A stretch of DNA of 64,000 nucleotides from Macrostomum lignano. Taxonomy: Eukaryota. The notes beneath the pieces were generated by a model. That model made no database searches. It saw nothing but the letters and a program-made list of their open reading frames with translations, and had not been told where the DNA came from. Made by a program: the position numbers and the translations under genes. Positions 1 to 10,910 of this stretch are shown piece after piece. The stretch lies in NCBI GenBank assembly GCA_002269645.1, contig NIVC01000876.1, positions 124,001 to 188,000 on the forward strand. The letters run 5' to 3'. Every line of letters starts with the position of its first letter. The stretch's first letter is position 1.

Positions 1-1760
1 CATTCGGTCACACTAGTCTGCTTAGGGCATATCCAGTACTTTTGAATAGGTGTTCAGCCTAAGAAAGTCTAATTGAGTCCGGTGCTTGTAGCATAGCATC
101 ATTTCACCTGGCATCCTACCAGTTATAGAGTGAGGTGTACTTCTGTATTTGAACAAGAAGTTCTGCATACTCAGTATTGGGTCTCCATCCATTTTGATTC
201 TAGCTTTAATAGCAGACTTCGCAGTCTGGACCATCCTCTTGCTAAGTCCATTAGTATGCAGATGTCTAGCAGCCATTAAAATCTGACAAATATTATTTTG
301 CTTCAAAAATGCACAATGAGTAAAACTGACTGCCGTTGTCACTTAAGACTTGCTGAAGAATTCCGAACCTTATGAAAGTATTTTGCAGGCACTCAATTGT
401 CTTACTTGTAGTCGCATGTTTCATAGGAAAAATCTTGACCTATTTGCTAGGCCCTAGTTGCGTCAACAATGATAAGCCAGAAATCTGTTAGTGAAATGGT
501 CCTATGACTTACTTGACTTAGCTGCAGGATGGTCTGTAGACATAGCAGAGAGGCAAAGGTCGTCCATTCCGCTAGCCCCTGAAGGCCCACAGACAGGCAG
601 AGGTGTGGGGCTGGTCAGGGTGGTCCACCAGTCTGTCCTGCAGCGTGATCTTCCGTTGGGAAGAAACTGGCTCATCTAGTCGCCCGAAAGAACTGGATGA
701 GCCGAGGGATGCTATTGGGCTGGCAGACCTCATCAATAGATAGGTTTGGCGTAGGTAGTGTAGCCAGTCTCTGTTGAAGAAAGGGCAGTGACAAACAAAG
801 TGCTGAGCATCTTCATTGTCGTACTTACAAAAGGGGCAAAGTTTGCTCTCAAGGTCACCTCGAAGAAAGCAGTGCCTGGCGAGGTAGCCATGGCCAGTAA
901 GGGTCATGACAAGGGCTCCAATTCTGGTTCAAAAAGATGTTTCTAAGCCTGCAAGATGGGCAGGGAACCGCGGCACAAGATTGCCGGCAGTTTTGAGTGC
1001 CCACCCATCTATCCCTATGGAGGGAGTCAGCCCAGTCGTCGATCTGACAATTGATGACTGTCAAGGGCATAGGGACCAGGGGGGCAGGGCCGAAGAAAGA
1101 GCCAGAGCCACCCCTCTTGGCGAGGGTATCTGCCAGCTTGTTCCCCAGAAAGCTTGCATGCCCCGGGATCTACTTCAGCCTGACAGTATTGCTACTGGCC
1201 AGGAGGTTGAGCTGCCGGGCGCAGTCGGCGACTGTCCAGGAGTTCGTTGTGGTGTGGCAAAGGTCCCATGTAATCCAGCTAGATTCTTGTCCATGGCTTC
1301 TCTGGCCAAACAAGAGGTTGTACAGGTGCCTGTGCAGGTAAATTTCTTTGCAACTAGAAACCTTTACAGCTTTGGACTAGGTCTTTGATGGCACTATTGA
1401 TTCCAAGGAACCAAACATGCAGCCTAGCAATAAACTTCATAGTAACTATTCTAGGGTGTCCATCATGAAGCAACTCCAGAACTATTTGTTGCATATTCCC
1501 TGGAATAACAATACGCAGTCCCTAGAAAATCACTCCTTGCTCAATACAAAGCTCATTTCTTTTACAAAAATACTGTTCTAAGCCTGGCTCACTTGTTTCT
1601 AGCCAGCCATTTTGGCAATAGTGAATGACTTTTTGAAGTTCTGTGTCTTTCTGTGTCGCAGTTCTAATTGTCTCTGCCATGATTGATAGCATCTCAAGTC
1701 TGACTTCCAGAATTTTGTCACATGAGATATTCTTGGCTCAATCTGGTAAGCTTGCATATA
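1..1760 (-). mobile_element. Degenerate Ty3/Gypsy LTR-retrotransposon pol remnant (integrase zinc-binding and core domains), interrupted by a LINE at 507-1258
   Basis: Manual minus-strand translation across stops and frameshifts gives AETIRTATQKDTELQKVIHYCQNGW..LHDGHP..INSAIKDLVQSCKG..PVQPLVWPEKPWTRI*LDYMGP (about 1260-1700). It resumes as GPF..FWLIIVDA..SK*VKIFPM..LSDNGSQF and HTNGLSKRMVQTAK..FLFKYRSTPHSITGRMPGEMM (1-500). These motifs are typical of Gypsy (K02A2.6-like) integrases. Confidence 0.85.
507..1258 (-). mobile_element. 5'-truncated non-LTR retrotransposon (RNase H C-terminus plus CCHC zinc knuckle and 3' UTR), degenerate
   Basis: Minus strand reads VRLK*IPGHASFLGNKLADTLAKRG (RNase H end), then after a frameshift LTGHGYLARHCF..CPFCKYDNEDAQHFVCHCP. 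The 3' tail is CTGCAGCTAAGTCAAGTAAGT. It is flanked by an imperfect direct repeat AAATGGTCCTATG (494-506) / AAAGGTCCCATG (1259-1270). Confidence 0.85.
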
Positions 1761-3149
1761 TCTAAAGTATCCAGAAATTAAAATAGATTGATAAAAACAC
1801 TTTTAAACAAGTTAAATACATATAAATTAACGATTTTCTATATCAATCTAAATCTCTCAAAATGTGCAAAAATCTATCTCAATTATTTTTTTGTTTTTTA
1901 TCAAGTTCATTGGTGCATTCTTTTGGAACATATCAATTAATATATACTTTTATTCTCATTTGTTACCAAAGTGGCTATTACAAAAAAGCTATTATCAAAG
2001 TGATTTTTTGTTACCAAAGTGGCTATTATCAAAGTAGACTGTTACCACTTAAAGACTAGTAAACAACTTTCAAAATTCTATTTTATTCCATGGTTTAACT
2101 ATAAGATCAGATAGCTATATCTATTGCTCTATCTACTGCTCCATTTCCTTCTCTATCAACTGTTCTATCTAGTGCTTAAAACACTATATTATAAAGTATG
2201 CAATACTATCAACAAAATTTTGTCAACATTTAAATTTTTATTTTATCTAATACTTATCTAATAAATTATAATATTGAATAAAAAAGGTCAGTTCAAAATA
2301 AAAAAATGTTTTAGCCTTGCATTTTAAAACAGCCTTATGTTTAAGAATTACTTATTTATTAAATTTTAAAAAATATAAAAGCTTGTTTTTGTAAATATCT
2401 AAATTTATAAATTGGTAACATGGGAAAATAAGATTTGCCTATAAATCTTTTCCTGCTAAGATTTTTCTATTAGACAGGTTTTGCTTGCTCTCATTTGCCT
2501 ATTAAGCTTTTCTCACTAAGATTTAGCTGTCAATCCCAATCCTATTTGTTCAGTAAGCTTTTTGTAAAGATTTGCCCATAATACTTTCTTCCTTGGTATG
2601 CATTTAGTCCCATTGTAGATTTTGCCTTCTAATGTTAGGAAGCCTTAATAAAAATATTAAAGGAGACAAAAAGACGGTTTTAATTTAGTGACACAAACAA
2701 GTGTCTCTTTCTCTTACTGAATAAAGCAAGCAGCCAATCTAGCAACATGGCAAATATATATAATAATAACCCCCAGAAGAACAATTCTAGATCCATTCCT
2801 TAGTATAAAAGGAACTTGATATACAGTTAATACTAGAAAATTTTGATTGAGTAAATATTTTGGATTATGATGGAATCACTAAAGTGCTACAGCTGTAAAA
2901 AAAACTTATTGGGGATCTGATATCTTAGGCTTGATTGCTAGCCTTCAAGGTGAATGCTCTTTTGCACTTTTGCTTTTTGCATTTGTCTTAAGAGATTAAC
3001 TAACTATATAGGGTCAAGACCTAAATGTAATTCATTCAAACACATTTGCTCCTTTTTTGCTGCCTTTCCAACAGGGGTATGGATTGCTAATCTTAGCAAA
3101 TAGTTGTGTGCCAATATAGATTTCATTTCAATCCAGTTTACATTAATTT

Positions 3150-3386
3150 GCAAATAATAATTAATAATAATATTAATGATAATATTCATTGATTACACCT
3201 TCCCCAATTGGGCCAATTGTGCAGTGCATCTGAAGGCTGCGTACGGCTGTTCAGTCCTGAGGGGGGTCGCCACACACCCTCAATTACCCCTTACCCCAGC
3301 TAATACTGGCACCCATTTTACAGCTGGGTGAACTGAAGTAATGCAGAGTTAAGTGGGTACAACACTCTAACCACTTGGCTACAACC
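3150..3386 (-). mobile_element. tRNA-derived CORE-like SINE (internally deleted) with ATT-rich tail
   Basis: Minus strand has a Pol III A-box TAGCCAAGTGG (3371-3381), then CACCCAGCTGTAAAATGGGT resembling the CORE-SINE core, and ends in an (ATT)n-like tail at about 3150-3190. No clear B-box. Confidence 0.5.
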
Positions 3387-3537
3387 CCCTTCGTGTCCTT
3401 TCATCCTTTCATGTTGTCTCTCGAATGCATCAGATTGTCTCATATTTTTCTGTCTATACTACTTCAGCTCGTCCATTTAGTAGTGCTCACCAGATATTTA
3501 CCTGAGTCACCATTAGTTATAAGCTTAAAATTCTACT

Positions 3538-6500
3538 ATGTACATCAACGTGCGCTCAATGGACGGCCAGTCCATGCAGCTGCGGGACATTTCAAAGCGA
3601 ACGTCTGTCAAGGAGCTCCGTCGGCTCATCGCTGCCGCACGTCCCGACGCTGCGGTTGATCGGCAGCGGCTGTTCTTTCGGGGCAAGCTGCTGGTGGACG
3701 AGCACACCTTGTTCGAGTACGGGGTGCAGATCAATGACGTCATTCAGCTGATGCTCGCCGCTCAGCAGCCGGTTGCCGGGGGTGACAGTGAGAATTCCGA
3801 TGAAGCTCGGGATGCTGAGCCAGCCGATTCCAGCGAGGAATTCAAGCACAACGAGGACTGCTTGGCTGGCAGTTTGTACGAGCCGGGAGATCGAGTCGAT
3901 GTCCGGGATCCCACCATGGGCTGCTGGTTCGAGGCTCGGGTTGCTGCAATTCGAAAACGGATCGACACGGACGTTGATGAGGTGTCGCGTGCGCCTGCTG
4001 GGGCCCTGGCGGATTGGGAGGCTGCCGGGGCTGATGACGGATGCGTGTATCAGGTGAGGCTGGAGCTGATGACGGATGCGTGTATCAGGTGAGGCTGGGG
4101 GCTGATGACGGATGCGTGCATCAGGTGAGGCTGGGGGGCTGATGACGGATGCGTGTATCAGGTGAGGCTGGGGGCTGATGACGGATGCGTGTATCAGGTG
4201 AGGCTGGAGCTGATGACGAATGCGTGTATCAGGTGAGGCTGGGGGCTGATGACGGATGCGTGTATCAGGTGAGGCTGGAGCTGATGACGGATGCGTGTAT
4301 CAGGTGAGGCTGGAGCTGATGACGGATGCGTGTATCAGGTGAGGCTGGAGGCTGATTCTCTGCCCATCACGCTGATCCCTGAGCACATGCAAGGCAATTC
4401 AACCAATTCAATCCCCAGGTTGTCTTCGAAGACGATGCCGAATTGAAAATCGCCGTCTTCACGCGAAATCTGCGGCCCAGGGCGAGTCAGCGGGTGACCC
4501 TCGGCCAGCTGACTGAGGGCCAGACTGTGCTGTGCAACCACAACTATGACAATCCTGCGGCTGTTGGATACTGGTGAGTTTGATTCTTGACTCCTCACTG
4601 ACCTCCCTTGACCCCGCCTAAACTACTCAGTGAACTTCCCCGTCTCTGTCACTGAAATTCCTGACCCCATCTTCACTGACCCCTTGACCCAACCCTGTCC
4701 CAGTGTCACTGACCCCTTGACCCAACCCTGTCCCAGTGTCACTGACCCCTTGACCCCACCCTGTCCCAGTGTCACTGATCCCTGACCCCACACTGTCCCA
4801 GTGTCATTGACCCCTGACCCCACCCTGTCCCAGTGTCACCGACCTCCTGACTCCACACTGTCCCAGTGTCACTGACCCCTTGACCCAACCCTGTCCCAGT
4901 GTCATTGACCCCTTGACCCCACCCTGTTCCAGTGTCACTGACCCCTTGACCCCACCATGTCCCAGTGTCACTCACCCCCTGACCCCACACTGTCCCAGTG
5001 TCACCGACCTCCTGACCCCACCCTGTCCCAGTGTCACCGACCTCCTGACCCCACCCTGTCCCAGTGTCACCGACCTCCTGACCCCACCCTGTCCCAGTGT
5101 CACCGACCTCCTGACCCCACCCTGTCCCAGTGTCACCGACCTCCTGACCCCACACTGTCCCAGTGTCACTGACCCCCTCACCCCACCCTGTCCCAGTGTC
5201 ACTGACCCCTGACCCCACCCTGTCCCAGTGTCACCGACCTCCTGACCCCACCCTGTCCCAGTGTCACCGACCCCCTCACCCCACACTGTCCCAGTGTCAC
5301 TGACCCCTTGACCCCACCATGTCCCAGTGTCACTCACCCCTGACCCCACCCTGTCCCAGTGTCACTGACCCCTTGACCCCACCATGTCCCAGTGTCACTC
5401 ACCCCCTGACCCCACCCTGTCCCAGTGTCACCGACCCCTGACCCCCACCTGTCACTCGCGCAGGTACGACGCCACGGTGGAGAGCGTCGGCCGCGCCGAG
5501 GCCCGCGCCACCGTATACGTGGGCCCGCAGCTGGTGCCGGTGGCGGAGCGCAGGCTGCGGCCGCAGGACACGGTCTACGCCGTGCTCCGCCCATCCGCCG
5601 CCGAGGTCGCCGCCGACGGGCCGAAAGCTTGGCGTTCGAATCTGACCGACGTCTTATTGGCATCCTCGACATCGTCCAACAAGGAGCTCCGCCCGACAGC
5701 CGTCAGCTGCCAGCACTGCCGCGACAAGCCCGACCGGCCCTGCCGGCACTGCGGCTGCTCCGTGTGCGCCGGCAAAGCCGACCAGGACCGCCTGCTGCTC
5801 TGCGACGAATGCGACAAGGCCTTCCACACGTTCTGCCTGACGCCAGCGCTGGAGGCCGTGCCAGACGATGACTGGTACTGCTCCGACTGCAAGCGCGACA
5901 CCAGCCAGGTGGTGCTGGCCGGCCAGAAGCTCAAAGCCACTAAGAAGGCTGCCGCAGCGGCTGCCGCCGCAGCCGAAGGCAAGCGCGACTGGGGCAAAGG
6001 TTTCGCCTGCTCCGGCCGGACAAAGACCTGCACTCTGGTGCCCACCAATCATTTTGGCCCGGTGCCGTCGGTTGAGGTCGGCCAGAGCTGGATGTTTCGC
6101 CTGCAGGTGAGTCCAGGCAAATCCGTGACCCAAATAAAACCCGTGTTTAAGCATTCAATAGTGACCTTCTATGACTCAACTCTCACTTGCACACATAGGA
6201 GCCATATCTGACTCATTTCCTGTCTATGACCCGTCAGTATCAGTCTATTAGTAATCTGATGCATCATCCAGCATCTATGACCTATCACCCAGCATCTCTG
6301 ACCCATCATCCAGCGTCTCTGACCCACTATCTAGCATCTCTGACCCATCATCCAGCATCTATGACCTATCACCCAGCATCTCTGACCCATCATCCAGCAT
6401 CTCTGACCCACCTGTCCGAAGGTGTCCGAGGCCGGCGTGCACCGGCCGCCCGTGTCCGGCATCGCTGGCCGAGATGCCGAGGGCGCCTACAGCATCGTGC

Positions 6501-7862
6501 TGTCCGGCGGCTACGAAGACGACGTTGACAACGGGGACGAGTTTCTGTACACCGGCAGCGGCGGCCGCGACCTCAGTGGCAACCGGCGCACAGCGGCGCA
6601 GAGCTGCGACCAGGAGCTCACCAGGATGAACCGCGCCCTGGCGCGCAACGTCGCCGCGCCAATCAACGAGTTGGACGGCGCCGATGCCGGGGCGCGATGG
6701 CGCGAAGGCAAACCCGTGCGAGTGGTGCGGAATTATAAAGCGGCCAAGCACAGCAAATTCGCTCCGACCGTTGGCAACAGATACGATGGCATTTATAAGG
6801 TGGGATTTTTGACATTTTCAGGCTTGAAGCCAGCAGTAATCCCCTTTCCCTTCATCCTTCTACCGACAACTGACTTCCTGATCCCCTTGCCCGAAGGTGG
6901 TGAAATACTGACCCCCTGACCCCCCGCCCACAGGTGGTGAAATACTGACCCCCTGACCCCCCGCCCGCAGGTGGTGAAATACTGACCCCCTGACCCCCCG
7001 CCCGCAGGTGGTGAAATACTGACCCCCTGACCCCCTCCGCCCGCAGGTGGTGAAATACTGACCCCCTGACCCCCCCCGCCCGTAGGTGGTGAAATACTGA
7101 CCCCCTGACCCCCCCCGCCCGCAGGTGGTGAAATACTGACCCCCTGACCCCCCCGCCCGCAGGTGGTGAAATACTGACCCCCTGACCCCCCCCCGCCCGC
7201 AGGTGGTGAAATACTGGCCTCACGTCGGCAAGTCGGGCTTCCGGGTCTGGCGCTACCTGATGCGCCGTGACGACCCGGTGCCGGCGCCGTGGACCCCGGA
7301 GGGCCGCAAGCGAGTGGAGTCGCTGGGCCTGAAGATGGAGCTGCCCGAGGGCTACCGGGAGGACGGCCAGGAGGAGAATTCGGCCCCCTCTGCCGCCCCC
7401 TCTGCCGCCTCCGCAGCCGCAGCCGCCGGCAGCGCGGAGAAAAAGCGGCGGGGCAGGAAGCGCAAAGCGGCAGCAGAAGATGAAGCCGCGGCAGCCTCAT
7501 CCGAGCAGCAGCAGAAGAAGCCGCGCTACAGCCCGGACTCGGAGCTCACTGCGGCGATCGAAGCCGACCAGGTGAACTCGAGCCGCTGGCGCGAGGCCCT
7601 GGACAGCGGAGCCGACGGCATCCGGGAGTTCCGCTCCGCTGTGGAAAGAATTTTCACCTGCGTTGTCTGCTGCGACCTGGTCGGACTGCGGCCCGCCACC
7701 ACGCCGTGCGGTCACAACGCCTGTCTGGACTGCCTGCAGCGCTCGCTGGATGCTGGCCTGGCCGCCTGCCCCGTGTGCCGGGCCGGCCTCGCGCAGGACC
7801 AGCTGGCTGTCAACCACCGCCTGGCCAAGGCGCTGTCGCTAGTGTTCCCCGGCCTGGCCTGA
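3538..7862 (+). CDS. UHRF1: E3 ubiquitin ligase UHRF1 (UBL-TTD-PHD-SRA-RING), 5 exons, 783 aa
   Basis: Exons 3538-4053, 4419-4573, 5464-6106, 6422-6799 and 7203-7862 have GT-AG boundaries and consistent phases (2352 nt). Domains: UBL ([23 protein letters not shown]), TTD ([14 protein letters not shown]; GYWYDA), PHD ([28 protein letters not shown]), SRA ([50 protein letters not shown]), RING ([19 protein letters not shown]). Confidence 0.97.
4031..4350 (+). repeat. 35-37-bp minisatellite, 9 copies, spanning the UHRF1 exon 1/intron 1 donor
   Basis: Unit CTGATGACGGATGCGTGTATCAG|GTGAGGCTGGAG equals the last 23 nt of exon 1 plus the first 12-14 nt of the intron. Confidence 0.95.
4672..5452 (+). 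repeat. 32-33-bp C-rich minisatellite (about 24 copies) in UHRF1 intron 2
   Basis: Unit CAGTGTCACTGACCCCTTGACCCCACCCTGTCC; period 33 read at 4701/4734. Confidence 0.95.
6255..6412 (+). repeat. 21-bp minisatellite (about 7 copies) in UHRF1 intron 3
   Basis: Unit CCCATCATCCAGCATCTCTGA. Confidence 0.9.
6890..7216 (+). repeat. 37-40-bp minisatellite, 9 copies, spanning the UHRF1 intron 4/exon 5 acceptor
   Basis: Unit ACCCCCTGACCCCCCCGCCCGCAG|GTGGTGAAATACTG. The AG|GT junctions end at 6896, 6933, 6970, 7007, 7046, 7085, 7124, 7162 and 7202 (the last one is in frame with exon 5). Confidence 0.95.
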
Positions 7863-7949
7863 TGGGGAGGCTGGCTGGCTCTTCATCTCGTAGCTTTTAG
7901 GGGAAATCGTTAATGCGTTATACTCATTTAATCCTACTCGATTTGTAAT

Positions 7950-8325
7950 TCCATTGGATTCAAATCCCTAATATATTCAAATCCATTGGAATCAAATCCC
8001 AGTGGACTCAAATCTCAGTGGCCTCAAATCCCAGTGGCCTCAAATCTCAGTGGACTCAAATCCCATTGGACTCAAATCCCATTAGACTGAAATCTCAGTG
8101 GATTCAAATCCCATTGGACTCAAATCCCATTGGATTCAAATCCATTGGACTCAAATCCCATCGGACTCGAATACCATTAGATTCAAATCCCATTCTCATT
8201 CCCATTCCCAATCTCATTCCCATTCAAATCCCATCCCATAAAATCCCATTGGATTTACATCTCATCAGCTTCAAATCCCATTAAGTTCAAATTCTATTGG
8301 ATTCAAGTCCCATTGGATTGAAATT
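7950..8325. repeat. Degenerate 16-17-bp tandem repeat downstream of UHRF1
   Basis: Recurring AATCCCATTGGA(C/T)TCA. Confidence 0.8.
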
Positions 8326-8751
8326 CCATTATGATTGAAATGTCGTATTGTAATCAGTGTGAGGTAAATCTAAAAATTACAAACAAATTTCAATTTTTAT
8401 TTCACACTAAGCGACTCTGTTATTGTAACTTATTCTGCATTAATTCTACTATTAATACTTATAGTAGCGCTCTTCGCATTTCGTCTCATTCGTTTGCTGC
8501 AGTTAAAATTTGTACTTTATTGGTAGCTATTTTAAAAAATTATACATAGGTATTTTTTGTATTAAAGGATGCCCCGGCATTTTTGCATTTTTTTCTAACT
8601 GTTGCCTGATACCCCACTGTTGCGTTTATAATTAAATTTGTCTGGCATGTGCAAATTAAACTGCTAAACTTTTTGCACTCTATCTGCTTAAATTTTCTGG
8701 TTCTCACTTATTTGGCTAAATTTGGCTTAGCATATCGAGTTTTAGGGGGCC

Positions 8752-9417
8752 ACTGGGCCAGCCTCCCAGATCCTCAGTTGCTGGGCCAGCCTCCCACTCC
8801 CAGATCCTCAGTTGCTGGGCTATCCTCCCACTCCCAGATCCTCAATTGCTGGGCCAGCCTCCCAAATCCTCAGTCGCTGGGTCAGCCTCCCAGATCCTCA
8901 GTCGCTGAAACAGCCTCCCAGATCCCCAGTCGCTGGGCCAGCCTCCCAGATCCTCAGTTGCTGGGCCAGCCTCCCAGATCCTCAGTCGCTGGAACAGCCT
9001 CCCAAATCCTCAGTTGCTGGGCCAGCCTCCCAGATCCTCAGTTGCTGGGCCAGCCTCCCAGATCCCCAGTCGCTGGGCCAGCCTCCCAGATCCCCAGTCG
9101 CTGGGCCAGCCTCCCAGATCCCCAGTCGCTGGGCCAGCCTCCCAGATCCCCAGTTGCTGGGCTAGCCTCCCAGATCCCCAGTCGCTGGGCCAGCCTCCCA
9201 GATCCCCAGTCGCTGGGCCAGCCTCCCAGATCCTCAGTTGCTGGGCCAGCCTCCCAGATCCCCAGTCGCTGGGCCAGCCTCCCAGATCCCCAGTCGCTGG
9301 GCCAGCCTCCCAGATCCCCAGTCGCTGGGCCAGCCTCCCAGATCCCCAGTCGCTGGGCCAGCCTCCCAGATCCTCAGTCGCTGGGCCAGCCTCCCATATC
9401 CTCCCAGATCAAAAGCA
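8752..9417 (+). repeat. 28-bp minisatellite (family also at 23.5-25.6 kb and 41.7-42.3 kb), upstream of ATP5PO
   Basis: Unit GCTGGGCCAGCCTCCCAGATCC(T/C)CAGT(T/C), about 23 copies. Confidence 0.95.
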
Positions 9418-9476
9418 GCAGACGTTGCTGAAGTCAAAACAGGCCTTCTGTACAATCTTGCAGCCAGTGCTCCATC

Positions 9477-10622
9477 ATGTCTTCGAGCGCCATGTTCAGC
9501 ATCCTGAGACGCCAGTTCAGCACCAGCGGCGCCCTCCGTCAGCTCGTGGTGCCGCCAACCCAGGTCTTCGGGCTGGAGGGCCGCTACGCCACCGCTCTGT
9601 ACTCGGCGGCAGTCAAGTCTAAGAAGCTGGAGCAGGTGAGGCTGCGCGGTCATTGGCAGTTTTTGCTGGCTCTCAGGCAGGACGGTAGGGGGGGGGGGAG
9701 GCTATGAGTTTTTTGGCTTCACGCCAGACCTGAATTGAAATGGCGCCAGACCTGAATTAAAATGGCGCTAGACCTGTTATGAAATGGCGCAAAACCTGAA
9801 TTGAAATGGTGCCAAACATGATATGAAATGACGCCAGATCTGAATTGAAATAGCGCCAGACCTGAATTTAATGGCGCCAGACCTGATATGAAATGGCACC
9901 AAACATGGTATGAAATGGCGCCAAACATGATACGCTCGTATGAAATAGCGCCAGACCTGAATTTAATGGCGCCAGACCTGAATTGAAATGGCGCTAGACC
10001 TGAATTTAATGGCGCCATACCTGATATAAAATGGCGCCAAACATGATATGAAGTAGTAGTAGCACCAAAACTGAAGCCAAGGCTGCAAGACCGTCCTGAT
10101 AATGCAAATGTCTGTTTCACACGCAACTTCCCCCCGCGCCCCGTGCAGGTGGACCAGGACCTCGGCAAGGTCAGCCAGCTGCTCAAGTCGGACCCCAGGC
10201 TGGGCGAGTTCCTCAACAACCCGCTGTACAACAAGGTGGCCAAGTCAGCCGCATTCGCCAAGCTGCTCACCGGCCTGAAGGTGTCGGACCTCACCCTGAA
10301 CCTGTTCAACGTGCTGGGGCTGAACGGCCGCCTGGGCCGCAGCGGCCAGGTGCTGGCCTCCTTCGCCATCATCATGTCCGCCCACAAAGGCGAGGTCCCA
10401 ACGGAGGTGGTCACCGCCAGGCCGCTGGACTCCAAGGAGACCCAGGAGCTGCAGTCGGTGCTGAACAGCTTCGCCAAGTCCGGCCAGAAGCTGCAGGTTT
10501 CGTTCCGCGTTGACCCGAGCATCGTTGGCGGCATGACGGTGGCCATCGGGGACAAGTTCGTGGACATGTCCACCGCCAGCAAGATCCGGCTGTACCACAA
10601 CTTGCTGAAGCAGAGCGTGTGA
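9477..10622 (+). CDS. ATP5PO: Mitochondrial ATP synthase subunit O (OSCP), 2 exons, 210 aa
   Basis: Exons 9477-9635 and 10149-10622 (phase 0). Presequence plus [24 protein letters not shown]|VDQDL..; C-terminal [26 protein letters not shown]. Confidence 0.96.
9715..10055 (+). repeat. About 22-bp degenerate minisatellite in the ATP5PO intron
   Basis: Unit TGGCGCCAGACCTGAATTGAAA and variants. Confidence 0.85.
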
Positions 10623-10910
10623 AGCTGCTGCACGCTATGGAACAGTTGGACTCTCCATTTAGCGACTAGCGAACCCAAGTTTAGAAATCTTATTAATTAA
10701 TATGACAATTATCTTTATACTGTACTGAAAGTAGCAAGTAACAGCCTTGAGAAAAATCTATCATTAACCAGCACGAAAGAATTGTTTCTTTGTCCTTAGC
10801 GATCCTAAATAAATACAAAATGACACTCAGAATTGTTAAAAATGTGGGGCTCTAAGATTTAAATGCCAGCATTGTTCCACTTTATGCTCATTTCTCAGCT
10901 GGCAAATGTG

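Noticed and set aside
4054-4338. Intron gain by AGGT tandem duplication as the origin of UHRF1 intron 1
   Set aside because: Splicing to the last repeat AG leads to a stop (about 4444-4446); the homologous TTD sequence resumes only after the separate acceptor at 4417-4418.
4031-4350. CTGATGA in each unit as a hammerhead ribozyme (retrozyme-like) core
   Set aside because: No GAAA(C) partner or stems I-III; the motif is simply exon codons (GCT GAT GAC).
8649-9431. 260-aa ORF, and similar ORFs at 23021-25487 and 41501-42304
   Set aside because: Stop-free readings of the 28-bp minisatellite.
9719-10678. 319-aa antisense ORF over ATP5PO, and antisense or alternate-frame ORFs over UHRF1, RRP15, CYB561, SSDP and the Mab-21 exon
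   Set aside because: Shadow ORFs expected opposite GC3-rich coding sequence; no independent motifs.
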